Positions 1 through 12,800 of a DNA stretch of 64,000 nucleotides are shown here, one piece after another; the first letter of the stretch is position 1; the number at the start of each line of letters is the position of its first letter. The notes under the pieces were generated by a model. That model made no database searches. It was not told the DNA's origin and saw nothing but the letters and a program-made list of their open reading frames with translations. The DNA comes from the human T2T-CHM13v2.0 reference genome, Homo sapiens, in the NCBI RefSeq assembly GCF_009914755.1, contig NC_060947.1. One strand, given 5' to 3'. Made by a program: the position numbers and the translations under genes.

Positions 1-311
1 ATCCATGTTCCTGCAAAAGACATAATCTCATTCTTTTTCATGGCTGCATAGTGTTCCGTGGTGTGTATGTACCACATTTTCTTTATACACTCTGCTATTG
101 ATGGACATTTACATTGGTTGCATGTCTTTGCTATTGTGAATAGTGCTGCAATGAACATTTCTGTGTATGTGCCTTTATGGTAGAATGATTTATATTCCTT
201 TGGATATATACCCAGTAATGGGATTGCTGGGTCAAATGGTAGTTCTGTTTTTAGCTCTTTGAGGAATTGCCACACTGCTTTCCACATGGTTGAACTAATT
301 TCCCCTCCCAA
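1..311 (-). mobile_element. Old primate L1 (L1PA13-16-like), ORF2 3' segment, runs off window start
   Basis: Antisense L1 motifs 'gggattgctgggtcaaatggtagttctgtttttagctctttgaggaattgccacactgctttccaca'; near-identical to the L1 at 60650-60960. Confidence 0.9.
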
Positions 312-2204
312 TTTTGTTATCTTTGCAGGTTTAAAGTCTGTTTTGTCTGAAATTAGGATTGCAATCCCTGCTTTTATCTGATTTCCATTTGCTTGGTAGA
401 TTTTCCTCCATCCTTTTATTTTGAGCCTACAGGAGTCATTACATGTGAAATGGGTCTCTTGAAGACAGTATACTATTGGGCCTTGCTTCTTTATTCAGCC
501 TGCCACTATGTGCCTTTTAAATGGGGCATTTAGCCCATTTATCAATGTTAGTATTGATATATATGTGGGTTCAATTCTGTCATTGTGTTGTTAGCTGGTT
601 ATTATGCTGGCTTGTTTGTGTGGCTGCTTTGTAATGTAACTAGTCTTTGTGTACTTAAGTGTGTTTTTGTATTGGCTGGTAATGGTCTTTCTTTTCCATA
701 TTTAGTGCTTCTTTCAAGATCTCTCGTAAGGCAATTCTAGTGGTAACAAACTCCCTCAGCATGTGCTTATCTGAAAAATATCTTATTTCTCTTGTACTGA
801 GGAATCTTAGTTTGGCTGGACATGAGAATCTTGGTTGAAGAACTTTCTTTATGAATGTTTAATATAGGCTCCCAATCTCTTCTGGCTTTCTGCCAAGAGG
901 GCCACCATTATATTGATGGGGTTTCCCTTGTAGGTGACCTGCCCTTTCTCTCTAGCTGCCTTTAATATTCTTTCATTTTGACCTTGGAAAATCTAATGAT
1001 TAATGTGTCTTGGGGATGATCTTGTGTAGAATCTTTCAGGGGTTCTCTGTATTTCCTGAATTTGACTGTTGGCCTCTCTAGCGAGGTTGGGGGAGTTTTC
1101 ATGATGATATCCAGAAATGTTTTCCATGTTGTTTGCTTTTTCCCCATCACTGTCAGAGATGCCAGTGATTGGTAGATTTGGCCTCTTTATGTAATCCCAT
1201 ATTTCTCAGAGGTTTTGTTCATTCCTTTTCATTCTTTTTTCTTTATTTTTGTCTGACTGTCTTACTTCAGAGAGAAATAAGAGCCAATCTTCAAGTTCCA
1301 AGATTGTTTCCTCAGCTTGGTACATTCTACTGCTAACACTTGTGATTACTCTGAAATTATTATAGTGTGTTTTTTAGCTCTATCAAATCAGTTAGGTTCT
1401 TTTTTATACTGGCTATATAATTTGTCAGCTCCTGTATCATGTTACTGTGATTCTTAGTTTCCTTGCATTGGGTTTTGCTGTTCTGAATCTTGATGATCTT
1501 CATTCATGTCCATATTCTGAATTCTATTTCTGTCATTTCAGCCAGCTCAGCCTGGTTAAGAACCCTTGTTGGATAACTACTGTGATTGTTTGGAGGACAT
1601 AAGACACTGTGGTCGTTGGAGTTGCTGGAGTACTTGCATTGGTTGTTTCTCATCTTTGCATGTGGGTGTTTCTTTAACTGCAGCGTAGATTGAGAACAGT
1701 CAGTAGACTTGTTTACTAGATGTTTTCACAGGGCTAAGGCTATGTGCAGGGTCATTATTTGTAGCTGACTTGTTTTTTGACTTCACAGAAGGGTTTGATA
1801 GCAAGGTATTTTTGGTGTTGAAGGTTTGGGACATGATCCAGTAGGGGGTGCTTAGGCGTAGTGGTCAGTTGGTAGGCTCTTCCTCAGTCATGTGGCTCCC
1901 CTATGTATCCTCGCAGTTGCAGCCATGCTCTCTCTCAATGTTTTGAAAGTGTGGGCTCCTCTCCCTCTTAAATGCTGGCTGTAGATTGCAGGTTGCCACT
2001 CCCAGCTGCCCGCCACAATTCTGGGGTGATCTCAGGGTTTATGTTTCCTCCTCAACAAAGACAGCAGAGGAAGGGACCTTAGCAGTGATTGTGGCCCAAG
2101 GGCCTTTTACTTGTCTCCTGGGGCTCCACCCCAGACAGACGCAGGTCAGCAATCATTCAGTGTGATCAGCCTGGGATTGGCGGGGTGGGGGGCGGGTGCT
2201 GTGA
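312..2204 (-). mobile_element. Old L1 segment: ORF2 endonuclease start, ORF1 and part of 5'UTR
   Basis: Antisense EN start 'ggtttaaagtctgttttgtctga'; ORF1 remnant in ORF 962..1150 (PQDTLIIRFSKVKMKE resembles ORF1p PRHIIIRFSKVEMKE); GC-richer 5'UTR-like tail. Confidence 0.8.
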
Positions 2205-2912
2205 CCCACAGTTTATAATCATTCTCTTTTCTCCACATTCTTACCAACATCTGCTTTTTTTTGTTGTTACTTTTTAATAACCATTCTGACTGGTATGAGA
2301 TAGTATCTCATTGTGGCTTTGATTTGCATTTCTCTAATGATTAGTGATATAGAATATTTTTCATATGTTTGTTGGTCACATATATGTTTTCTTTTCAGAA
2401 GTGTCCGTTCATGTCCTTGCCTACTTTTTAATAGGGTTGTTTTTTCTTGTTGAGTTCCTTGTAGATTCTGGATATTAGCCCTTTGTCAGATGCATAATTT
2501 GGAAATATTTTCTCCCATTCTATAGGTTGTCTGTTCACACTATTGATTTTTTTTTCTGTACAGCTTTTTAGTTTAATTAAGTACCATTTGTATATTTTTA
2601 TTTCTGTTGCATTTGCTTTTGAGGTCTTAGTCATGAATTGTTTGTCTATGCCAATGTCCAGAAGAGTTTTTCCTACATTTTCCTCTAGAATTGTTATAGT
2701 TTCAGGTCCCACATTTAAGTCTTTAATCCATTTTGATATTTTTGTATATGGTGAGAGATATTGATCCAGTTTCATTCTTCTGCATATGGCTATCCAATTT
2801 TCCCAGCACCATTTATTGAATAGGGTGTTCTTTCCCCAGTAATTTCTTTGTTGACTTTGTTGAAGATCAGGTGTAGGTATGTGGCTTTATTTCCTGGTTC
2901 TCTATTCTGTTC
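2205..2912 (-). mobile_element. Old L1 (L1PB/L1PA16-like) ORF2 C-terminal segment
   Basis: ORF 2428..2775 ([13 protein letters not shown]...[22 protein letters not shown]) is L1 ORF2p-like. Confidence 0.9.
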
Positions 2913-3214
2913 GCAAAGGCAGAGGAGCTCTCCAACAGTTCAGATACCAGTGGTCTGCCACAGGGGTAAGAGGAGCCAAAACACTCCCACCTACCCTTTC
3001 AATGAAACACCTAGTTACTCAGCATTCCTAGCTGATCTCTGCCAGCGCTTGGTTCCTTTTCTGTGCCCCAGCTTCTTCCCATGAGTTCTCTGCTATGCTC
3101 CAGCACTCTCTGCTTGCTATGCTATTCAAATTATAATTATTCATTTGTAACTTTGGTTTTTCTTTCTGAGGAGACCTGAACATCCAGCATCTCTGTTTAG
3201 CAACCTTGAACTCC
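2913..3214 (-). mobile_element. Probable 5' terminus of an old L1 (5'UTR start)
   Basis: Ends 'ctctgtttagcaaccttgaa', resembling the antisense L1 5' terminus 'ctagtcagccatcttg'. Confidence 0.55.
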
Positions 3215-3429
3215 TTTTTCATCTCTAAAAAAGGGAATATTTTTAAAATGGTTAATATGATAAATTTTGGGCTATGTGTGCTTTGTTACAAGTAAACAAG
3301 CAAACAAAAAAATAAACTCCTCATGTTCTGGGAAGACTTTCCACCTTCCCTTAGTCACTGGCCTTTTAATAATTCCATGGAGGTTCCAGGATCCTTCTTA
3401 TCTCCAGCCTTTGCTGTTTTTCTCTTCAC

Positions 3430-3755
3430 CTGTAAGACTCTTCCGCAGTTCATCCCCTGGCTATGTTCAAAGCTTTCAAAACTTTCTGCGAAAACAAACA
3501 AACTTTTCTTGACCATCCAAATCAAAATTACACTCTTGTGTTTTGATGTCTTATCTCCTACTTTTTCCTACAATAATTTCAAGTATACATTTTGGAGGTG
3601 ATCATTTCTTTTAGCCTATCTTCTCCTCTAAACTATAAGTTGCTTGAGGGCAGAGAACATAGTCCACTCGGTACACAGCTGTATCCTCAACAGCTGGGTG
3701 CTTGCGTGGTGCTGAGTTAGTGTTCAGTAAACACATATTTAATGAGTAAATGAAT
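3430..3755 (+). mobile_element. L2 3' end
   Basis: 'ctataagttgcttgagggcagaga...gttcagtaaacacatatttaatgagtaaatgaat' matches the L2 3' terminus. Confidence 0.7.
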
Positions 3756-3869
3756 CTAGTTGATAATAAAATAAATTGTTTTTAGATTAAATGTAGTTAG
3801 ATAATTCGTTGTCAAAGCTGATGGAATTCTGGATAAGTGTTAGCAACCTTTGAGGAATACAAGTGAGAT

Positions 3870-4345
3870 TAATACAGTTAATTGGTAGTTGTCATTTATT
3901 CCCATTCTTTTCTACATACTTTCATATAACACAATGTAGAAAGCTAAAAACTACATTATCTGACTCTCTTCAAGCTAGGCCTCTAAATGGCAGTTAGGTT
4001 CTACCAGGGAGCCCCACTCTGAAGATCAAATTACTTGGAGGCCATTTTCCTGCTACAGCTGCTGTAACTGCTAGCAAAGCATTCATAAAGATATATCTGT
4101 TTGTAGCCTGACTCAGGGTTCCCACGATAAGTCATTAACTCCCGGCCATGAGATACAGATGTGACACAGAAGGTATGACACCAACAGCATCTTCCTCATC
4201 TTTGGATCTCAGCTATGATGAGTCTAGTGTCAGATGCTGACTTTCAGTCCCTCATATTTAAAACCTTAAGTCCTTATATTAAACCTTTTTCTGCTTAAAA
4301 TACTTCACATTGTCAGTTCACTGCATTGAAGCTGGAAAGATACAC
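3870..4345 (+). mobile_element. ERVL solo LTR, LTR33-like
   Basis: 'agaaagctaaaaactacatt...ctcttcaagctagg' and terminal 'ttttctgcttaaaata' resemble LTR33. Confidence 0.6.
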
Positions 4346-4619
4346 GTAAAGTATCAAAAAGACTAGAACTAGAAAATGGTCAGTTTTCATATTATTGATC
4401 AATAGCCTTAAACTCAAGCCATGGCAAAATTCTGGGAACAATTACTAAATGAACTATTTATGATAATTTAAAAAGTAACAAAAGTAATCACACAAAGCTA
4501 GCATAGAATCATTAAAAGAATGTCATGGAAAAATAACATTAATTGTTTTCTGATAAACTTATAGTAAAAAAAATCAGCAGAGTCCCATATTCATTGTGTG
4601 CTTGGATTTCTTGAAGCAT

Positions 4620-4900
4620 TTATCAAAAATCCCTCATGTAACCATCTCTGAGAATCCTGTCCTGGATCACTTGAGTATACTTGATAATGGTCCTCTATGC
4701 TCATATATCGCTTTTCTTCATTTTTCTACTATAATCAGTATCCTGTTAGTTTGTAGTTGTATTTTCACATCTGTCCCTCCCTCATCTCTATATATTTGGA
4801 GCTTATGACTGGCAAGAAACATATATTATTTAACCATATAAACCTCTGACATAGTACAGTGCTTGTCACACTTTAGGTATGCTCAATAAAATTGAATACT
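4620..4900 (+). mobile_element. L2 3' end
   Basis: 'tagtacagtgcttgtcacactttaggtatgctcaataaaattgaa'. Confidence 0.65.
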
Positions 4901-6973
4901 TGATGTTGAACTATGATATAACTAGGTAAACTCATAAATGATTTAAAATATTAACCTCAAATGCACTCATTAATGGATCTGTATGAAGTGGAAAGAAGTC
5001 TTAATTAGAATCACCACAGGCTTTTTCATTCTAATGGCATAATTGTTTAATCCTAGAAAGAAGTGTTGCCTTATCTTGAGCCTCTTATCTTGTGGCATAC
5101 TGTATTAAATTGATCCAGCATAATTTTTTATTCTGCTTTGCAGTTGAGCTCATCATTTTGTTTGGATGGTGTTCAGCCTCATCAACTTGATTTATAAATT
5201 TCTTAAAGGTTCAGGCTTTATCTACCTCTTTTCCTCTGCTCACATCAGTGCTGTGCCAACAGTGGCTGTGCAGAGGGCCCTTTTTTACATGACCATTTTC
5301 TTGCAACTGGTTCCCTTCCTCTAATTCCTCTGTTGGCCTCCAAGACTCTGTGGAAGGTCTTTTTTCAATTTGAGAATTAGTAGGGGATCAACAGAAGATA
5401 TTGTGTGTTGCCTTTCATTTCATCATTCAGAATAAACTGACTTTTTTTTTGGACAACACCCATATACTTAAGACGCCCACATATTTGGAGTAAATCACTG
5501 TAAATAGGCGATCAGCAGAAAACAACAGCCTGTAGAACACATTACCAAGGAGCAGCAGGCAGCCAAGTTTTTTATAACTGGGCTACTAGCCGCCAATTTA
5601 AAGCTTTAATCGGAACACACTTACACCACACAGAAGTCTGTTTTTCTGCACAACATAAATGGAAGGGGACAAAACACTGCTGCCTTAATTTACATTGATA
5701 TTTTTAAACATGATTTTGACTTTGAGTTGGTAAACATGCTTTGGAAAATGCATATCCAAAAAATGAAGGATGCTAAAAATAAGAGAATGTATGTAAATAT
5801 ACATGAAAATAGGTCTTTTTAAAAGTTACGTCCACTACCACCCTTACCCCCTACCTTTTAGGTTAACTTGCAACTAATTGGCTCTGGCAGTATTAGACTC
5901 GGTCCTTACATAATGCCACCAAATGTTTCTCTGTCTTTTAGTTACTAATAACACTGTCTGCCATAGGGAAGGCAAATAACTTCATTCTATTTCATTTGAA
6001 TTCTGGAGAGCCTTTTTAAATTTTGATATTTTCAGTTCCATGCTGAAAACAAGCACTTTCCAAGAAAAAAACTATTTTGGAGGTGACTTATTGAGGGCGT
6101 TCTATTCTACTAATGATATTCTACCACAGAGCATTGAATGTGAGCTTATGATCATAAAAATACTTGATGATGCCTTTTTATCCAAATATCCAAGAGCATT
6201 AAAGGAAATAAAAACTCCATCTATTTGCATACTACTTCTGATAGAGAATAAAATAAACAGGCAGAAAACTTGAGTTGCTATGTAACACATAGTATCAAAC
6301 CGTTGAAAGGAATATTTCTGATTCCCTGACACCAAGTCTAAACAAACATGCCACTTTCCATTGACAGCTCACGTTTTACCTTAAACTTATGTTCTGACTT
6401 GAGTCTCCAGTCTATGTCCTTCTTGCTACTTAAAAAAATCCTTTTCACATATTCCTTCCTTCTTACCCATTTTTCCATCCCTCTGATTCTAGGACTTCAA
6501 AATCTTCTGAAATGTACCTTCACAAACCCCTTGGGAGATTTCAAAGAAACAGGTAAGCCCATCTCATGTTTTCCCTATGCACACACACACACAATCCTGT
6601 TTTAAGTTAATGTAAAGACCTACTTTGTTGGAGAGAAGAAAGAGAGATGTCACAAATGGCAACCTACTAGTGCAAAGAAAGGTCAACACTGTGGTCTGGG
6701 ACCCAGGCAGCCCTGGCCCTGGTCCCACAAGACTTGCTTTATGTTTTGTTTTGTTTTCAGCCCTTCAGTCCACATGTCTTTGTTCTGACAAGGCTGTATT
6801 TCTGTAGTCCTGTTTACATGTGATGCTTGCTGTTGGGAGACTTGCAAAACACCAAGGCCTGAAAAAGCACTAAGAGTTGCTTCACCTTAAGAACAGCTGG
6901 GAAAATTCAAGAGCTAATCGTGAAGCTCCTTCTCTTTATTGCAGCCAGTTGTTCTACTTCTCTAGGTGCTACC

Positions 6974-7118
6974 TTGCTACTCAAAGTGTGGTCCAGCAGC
7001 ATTACCATCACCTGAGAGCTTGTTAAAAATGGCCCAACCTCTGACCTCTAAATCAGAATCTTCATTTTAACAAGATCCCCAGGTGGTCCAATTGCACGTT
7101 AAATTTGTAGCAGCTCTG
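6974..7118. mobile_element. MER5-type hAT-Charlie MITE
   Basis: 'ctactcaaagtgtggtccagcagcatt...aatcagaatcttcattttaacaagatccccaggtg'. Confidence 0.75.
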
Positions 7119-7845
7119 ACCCCAAAATGTGTTCAGCTCCTGTCTACATGATTTGACAAAATGGTTCTTAAACCAGAAGATGATATTTGCAAAACTTTTT
7201 AGCTCTGAGAGATTTGGCTCTGTATATTCAAGCCTTAAATTGTGGCAAATCTCCACAGTGCTGAAAACGTTTTTGGCTTCTCAATTCTGCACATAGAGAT
7301 TTTTATCTTTTACCTTTATCTTTTATTTTGACAAAATATCACCTTTATTTCTGAAAAAGTCTTTGGTCAATGAAGCTAAGATCTGATGGCCAAATGAACC
7401 TAAGATCTCTGGTCCTGCTTCTAATTCCCACATCTCCAATTCAGACTTCGGGACAATACTTTTCAAGCAAAATATCAGAGCAGACACAGTGAGGAACACA
7501 GCCTCACATGAGGAAAGGAAAGGAGATAGAATGCCAGTGCTTACTGGAGGCTAATCAATTACATCAGTCAATTTAAAACCACAGAGTAATAGCACCATCC
7601 TCCACCAGTTGGGAGAAATAGGTCTGGGGCATGAGGCTGCACATCTCACTCTGGGGAAACTGTTCAAAGTGAGCTTCCTGATGTCTTTTAGGATAGCTTC
7701 CTCCTTCTGTTTTTTAAAAAGTTATTTGTTCATTTATGCATTGGAATGTACACAAACCTTATTTCTGCCAGAAAGTATTAAGGACTGTATAATCATTTTT
7801 CCTTAGAAATGTGTTAGGAACATACACACACACATACAGACACAC

Positions 7846-7901
7846 ATAAATTACCCAGTCTTGATTATTTCTTCATAGCAGCATGAGAATGTACTAATAC
7901 A
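7846..7901 (+). mobile_element. Terminal fragment of a THE1/MST MaLR LTR
   Basis: 'ataaattacccagtcttgattatttcttcatagcagcatgagaatgtactaataca' matches the THE1/MST 3' end. Confidence 0.7.
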
Positions 7902-8229
7902 CTAGCTTTGTTGCTTACTGGCTGTCGGACCTTACCATGTTTGCTGTTTTCCCTTCTGTGTCTGAAAAAGGTGGACTAGTTTAGCACACCTTTCAGATCC
8001 CAATCTGCTTTACAATCCTATGCTGCCAATGGCTCAGAAGCTTTAAATGTTATTAGATATATTATACCTAAAAGAGTGATCATTTTGATTAGTTATTTCC
8101 TTTTTGGTTGCTTTGTTTGTTCATTTATTTTTAATTTTGGAGAACTTCCAGCAACTGCCAGTAAGCATTATGGAAGAGGCATTTAGATGATGTCTTCATC
8201 TTATTAAAAATTCCATTAACGTTTTAACA

Positions 8230-8500
8230 CCACATTCCCCAAGAAGTGTTCCTTAACATGGTAATGTGTTACATGGTAAAAAATTGATTCCACTGTCAAA
8301 TAAGTTTGGAAACACTGGATTAAAGTGAAAAAGAGCCAGCTTTATGCCATGCTAATTAGGGCTTTAGCGTGTTCATGAGAATTGAGAATCTACAAGAACC
8401 AAGGTATGACATGGTTGCAAAATGTCCTAAATTTATTTGACCACAGAATATTTTGGGGGTGAAATATTCCAAGGGACTGTTGTTCTAAGAGAAGTGCTGA
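8230..8500. mobile_element. hAT-Charlie (Charlie4-like) remnant
   Basis: Internal inverted motifs 'gtcaaataagtttgg' and 'aatttatttgaccac'. Confidence 0.5.
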
Positions 8501-9729
8501 ACCCGAAGTAGAAATTAGACCTTTATATTTACACACTGGTTTTCAAGTGGGGCACCTAACAAAACGGGCAGGTAAAAACTGTCATAATTTAAATCCCCTT
8601 ATGTCTGGAGAAGATTTCTTGCCTGTGACAGAAAATCTGACTTTTCCCAACATAAAGAACAGGAAAACCATGGGGGAATTTCTTACCTGCATAGAGGGAC
8701 ACACTGCAGAGGATTTATCCTTGATGGAAGATTTGGGACTTTAACAGTGGAGATATTTTTAGATATAATTCAATACTTGAATTAAACGCAAAACATAGCT
8801 GACTATATAGAAGTGTTGAAAGCTCAGCATTTATACTCAAGTAAGCAAATTGCAGCATTCTGCACCAGCATCAAATTCTGAGTGTTTTTCACCTAGATAT
8901 CCTTCTGCAATTCAGCTTAAATGGTAGAAAATTAAATGTTACATCCTCCCAAATAAAGGTGGACACATAGAAGGCAAGAATGCCGAAGGGATTATTAGAA
9001 TTTCATGACGACCAACAGGCCAAATTATACCAGAATTTTTATTTCTCAATAAAACATTTTAGGTAAACAAATATTTATGTCACGCTAACTATTTATACAC
9101 TCTTTGAAAGTGAAGAGTTTGCTTACAAGAACATCTTCTGAAATGGAATCATGTGTTTTGATCTTTGCAGGATAAAAAAATAAATAAATAAATAAATGAA
9201 AATGTTGCCTTAAGGCCCTAAAGACAGCCATATGCTTTTGCATACATTTTCACAACTCAGCAGCTGCTCACTGAACCTCTTCCATTTCAAGTTTTCCTGT
9301 TGACCACTCTCTTCTGCACGGCTTCTGTGACTGCCGGATGGAAATATTTCTGAAAACACTGGGGCAGCCAGGATTGTCCAAGTGTTTTCAAAATGTTTGC
9401 TTGGCAAAGAGTTGCTGGCAGGCAAAATGTGCTCCTACAAGGGTTTTAGTAAGTGTTTATGCCTCCTCAGTGTATTCCATTTGTAAATGTGGGCAGAGAC
9501 CTAAACTATGCTCTCTGGAAGCTTTAAATGAAGAAACTGAAATTCACTTTGCCTTAGAAAGGCTTTGCACCTGCCAATGCTACCTCTTCCAGATCATTTT
9601 AATAGATTCATAGGCAGATGCCTTTTTAAACCACCTCTATAATCACAGACACAGACTGGGAAACTTTAAGCTTCCCATTATCTCCCTGAAAAAAATCAGT
9701 GAAAGTTTTTCCAAATAATTGTATTTTAA

Positions 9730-10115
9730 AAAGGGCTAAGAGACACAATGAGGTAAGTGGCGAGATGTGTTGGGGGAGGTTTCAGACAAGGGGGAGAACC
9801 ACAGAAGAACTGGAGAACATGATGCATTCAAGAAACTGTAACATGGTGATCAAATTATTAGAACATTGGTTATCCCATGGGCGAGGCAGGGGGTTAGGCT
9901 GGAGACATAGGCAAGACCCACATCACGAAGAACTTTCTAAATCACATGCAGGAGTTCACAGAATCATTAAAATGATTTAAGCAGATCTCTGGTGTGATCT
10001 TATTTTTAATTTTAAAAAGGCCATTTGTTGAGGGTCTGAAACTATAGTGGAAACTGGGGCAATACTGGACATGAAGCAAACAGTATGGAATTGAAAAGTT
10101 CAGGCAAAAAGTGAT
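9730..10115 (-). mobile_element. Degenerate L2 internal fragment
   Basis: Purine-rich antisense L2-like text 'ggctggagacataggcaagacccacatcacgaagaac...gatttaagcag'. Confidence 0.5.
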
Positions 10116-10120
10116 AATGT

Positions 10121-10460
10121 TATATAAATGGAATTATACAACATGCAACCTTTTGAGACTAGCTTGGTTTATTCAGCATAATGTTTGTGATATTTATCCA
10201 TGTTGTTGCTTGTGTCAGTAGTTTCATCCTTTTTAATGCAGAGTAGTATTTCATTGTATTGATGTACCACAATTTATTTATATATTTACCAGTTAAAGGG
10301 AGTTTGGTTTGCTTCCCGTTTTGTGAGATTATGAATAAAGCTGCTTAAACATTCACATACAGATGGAACTGTTGTATCCTGACTATGACAGTGGATACAC
10401 AAATCTATAAAATGTTAACATTACTGTATTTAATTTTAATTTTAAAATAAAATTTGTAAA
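10121..10460. mobile_element. Ancient L1M 3' region in two opposite-orientation pieces (- 10121-10362, + 10362-10460)
   Basis: Antisense 'ttatgaataaagctgcttaaacattcacatacag' joined directly to sense 'atggaactgttgtatcctgactatgacagtggatacac' plus A-rich tail. Confidence 0.65.
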
Positions 10461-11372
10461 AAGCCAAATTAAGAAAGGGACAGTGAGACTGGAGAAGAAA
10501 AAGTTCAGATAATTCAAAGATGAATTTAACACATTATTTCATTTTTACTAGGAGACTAGAAAGTTTAAAGAGTAGATTTCAGCAATTGCAAGGACAATAG
10601 TGAGCTTCATTCATTCGTCATTCATTTTCTGGCTTTGATGTGTTTGTAAATAGAAGAACAATAACAATAAATAAATAAATAAAAACTATGCCATATGGCT
10701 CTTGGGGAGTTACTTGCTTCTAATGGTGTTGCTGTTTTCAAGGCATTCTGGGAGAAACACCTTCACAGTTGATTGAAACACAGCTGCCACACCAGCCCAT
10801 CTGGACTCTGCAACTTGCATGACATGGACCCGATAACTTCTTTCATTTGAATAGGCATTCATAAGTGCCTATACTGTCATTTCTTTTTTTTTCTTTTTTT
10901 AAAAAGTAACACCTGGGTAAAGAAATAAAAAGGAAAGATCTTGCGTAGAAAAAGCAGCATGCAACATATGGTCTTTTTTTGTCCTTAGCGAAGCTGCATT
11001 AGAAACAGTTCAGAAAAGCCTTGAGATAACACTCCATTAGTAACTCCATATGGGTGAGGCTTGTTGAACCTGGAATCATATATTGAAAAAGGAATTTGGC
11101 AAAAATTCTTTTCCACTTTGCTTTTAAAGGTTAAATATAAATGGGATTGGGAGGCATATTGACTAGGTAAATAGCTATTAATGCTGTCAAGTGAATTAGT
11201 TAATCAGATCTTTTATAAACTAACAGTAAGCCCACAGTAGTTTATCAGAAGCTTGTCAGCATATGGGTATTCTACAGAAAGGGAAAATTATGAAATGGTT
11301 GAGGGGATGGCCAAATGCAGGGGCCAGAAAATCAGGTAAAAGCCAAGATACGTGTTTTTCCAAGAGTGACTG

Positions 11373-11905
11373 TGTGGTACATTCATTGCAAAAGTATTTC
11401 AAATTTGTTATCTCTCTCCTTATCCACACTCTTTACATGACTTTGCAGCTCCTTTCACTGAGAACTGAAATTTATTTTACCAACCACTGAAACCTGGGCA
11501 GGCTTTGTGACATGCCTTGTTCAAAAGCAGGGTAAATGATGCTCTGTCAATTTTGAGCCCAAGCTTCAAGAAGTCAAATGTTCTTCCTTGTTCTCTCTTG
11601 TGGAAATCTGCCCATTCACCACGTGAGCAAGCATGGGCTAGCTTTTCTGGGGAGCATGTGAAACAGATAACTGCCACTACGCACCCCCTCTCCCGCTCAT
11701 CAAGCTAAGGCCTCCCTAGACCAGCCAGCACACAGATCTGGCAAAGTGACCTGAGACACATGAGCAAGTTCAGCTGAGATTTGCCAAACCCAGACCAGAT
11801 TTGCAGAACCCAAAGCAGCCCCAAAGACTTGTGAGCTAAATAAATGCTTGGTATTTTAAGTCACTGTGTTTTAGGGTGGTTTGTTACATAACACTAACAG
11901 ATACC
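11373..11905 (+). mobile_element. MaLR solo LTR, MLT1H-like
   Basis: 'tgtggtacattcattgcaaaa' start; 'aataaatgcttggtattttaagtcactgtgttttagggtggtttgttac' end. Confidence 0.75.
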
Positions 11906-11933
11906 GACCTCAAATGACTTCTTCATCTCTCCT

Positions 11934-12427
11934 TGTATTAGTTTCTTATTACCACTGTAACAAAGTACCACAAAGTCAGTGGTTCAAAACAACACAAATT
12001 TATTCTCTTACAGTTCTGTAGGTCAGACGTCTGCAGTCAGTTTCACTGGGCTAAAGTTATGGTGTCAGTAGGGCTGGTTCTTTCTGGAGGATTTAAGGGA
12101 GAATCCATTTCCTTGCATTTTCAGCTTCTAGTGGCTGTCTGTATTGTTTGGGTTGAGGCCCCTTCCTCCATCTTCCAAGCACACGACTCCAATCTCTGCT
12201 TCTTTCATCACATCTCCTTTTCCTCTGAATCTGACTCCTCCTGAGTCCCTCTTACAAGAACTTATGTGAGTATATCAGGCCTACATAAATAATCCAGGAT
12301 GACCTTCCCATCTCAAAGCCCTTAATCACACCTGCAAAGTCCATTTTGCCATATTTGGTAACACATTCAGATTCTGGGGATTTGGACATGAATATATATT
12401 TGGGGTACCATTATTCAGCCTCCACAC
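11934..12427 (-). mobile_element. MaLR solo LTR, MLT1D-like
   Basis: 'tgtattagtttcttattaccactgtaacaaagtaccacaaa...ttattcagcctccaca'. Confidence 0.8.
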
Positions 12428-12590
12428 AGCCTTTTCCTTGAAGTGACTGTAGTCATATTCCTTTCCACTTTTACATTAGCAGTAGAAAGTGTACATATTG
12501 GAAGAAAAATGAAATCCAAATAAAGTTGTGACAGGATCGGGGGAAGGAAAGGATTGTGACATCAGGTTTAGTTGGAAGAAAAGTAAGCTG

Positions 12591-12800
12591 AATAATAACT
12601 ACTACTTATTGACCTCTTATTTTGGTCTGGAAACTGTTCTAGGCATGTTACATTTAATTTTTATAACTATTAAAGTCTTTTAAGGTAGTTCCTTGCCTTA
12701 CTGAGGCTGAGGCTGAGAAATGTATATAACTTGTCTGCAGCTTGTAAGTGGCTGATTTGGAAAGTGACCCCAGATCTTTCTGCCCACCAAACACTTTACC
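12591..12800 (-). mobile_element. MIR SINE
   Basis: Antisense MIR: 'aataataactactacttattgacc...actgaggctgagaaatgtatataacttgtc'. Confidence 0.6.
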
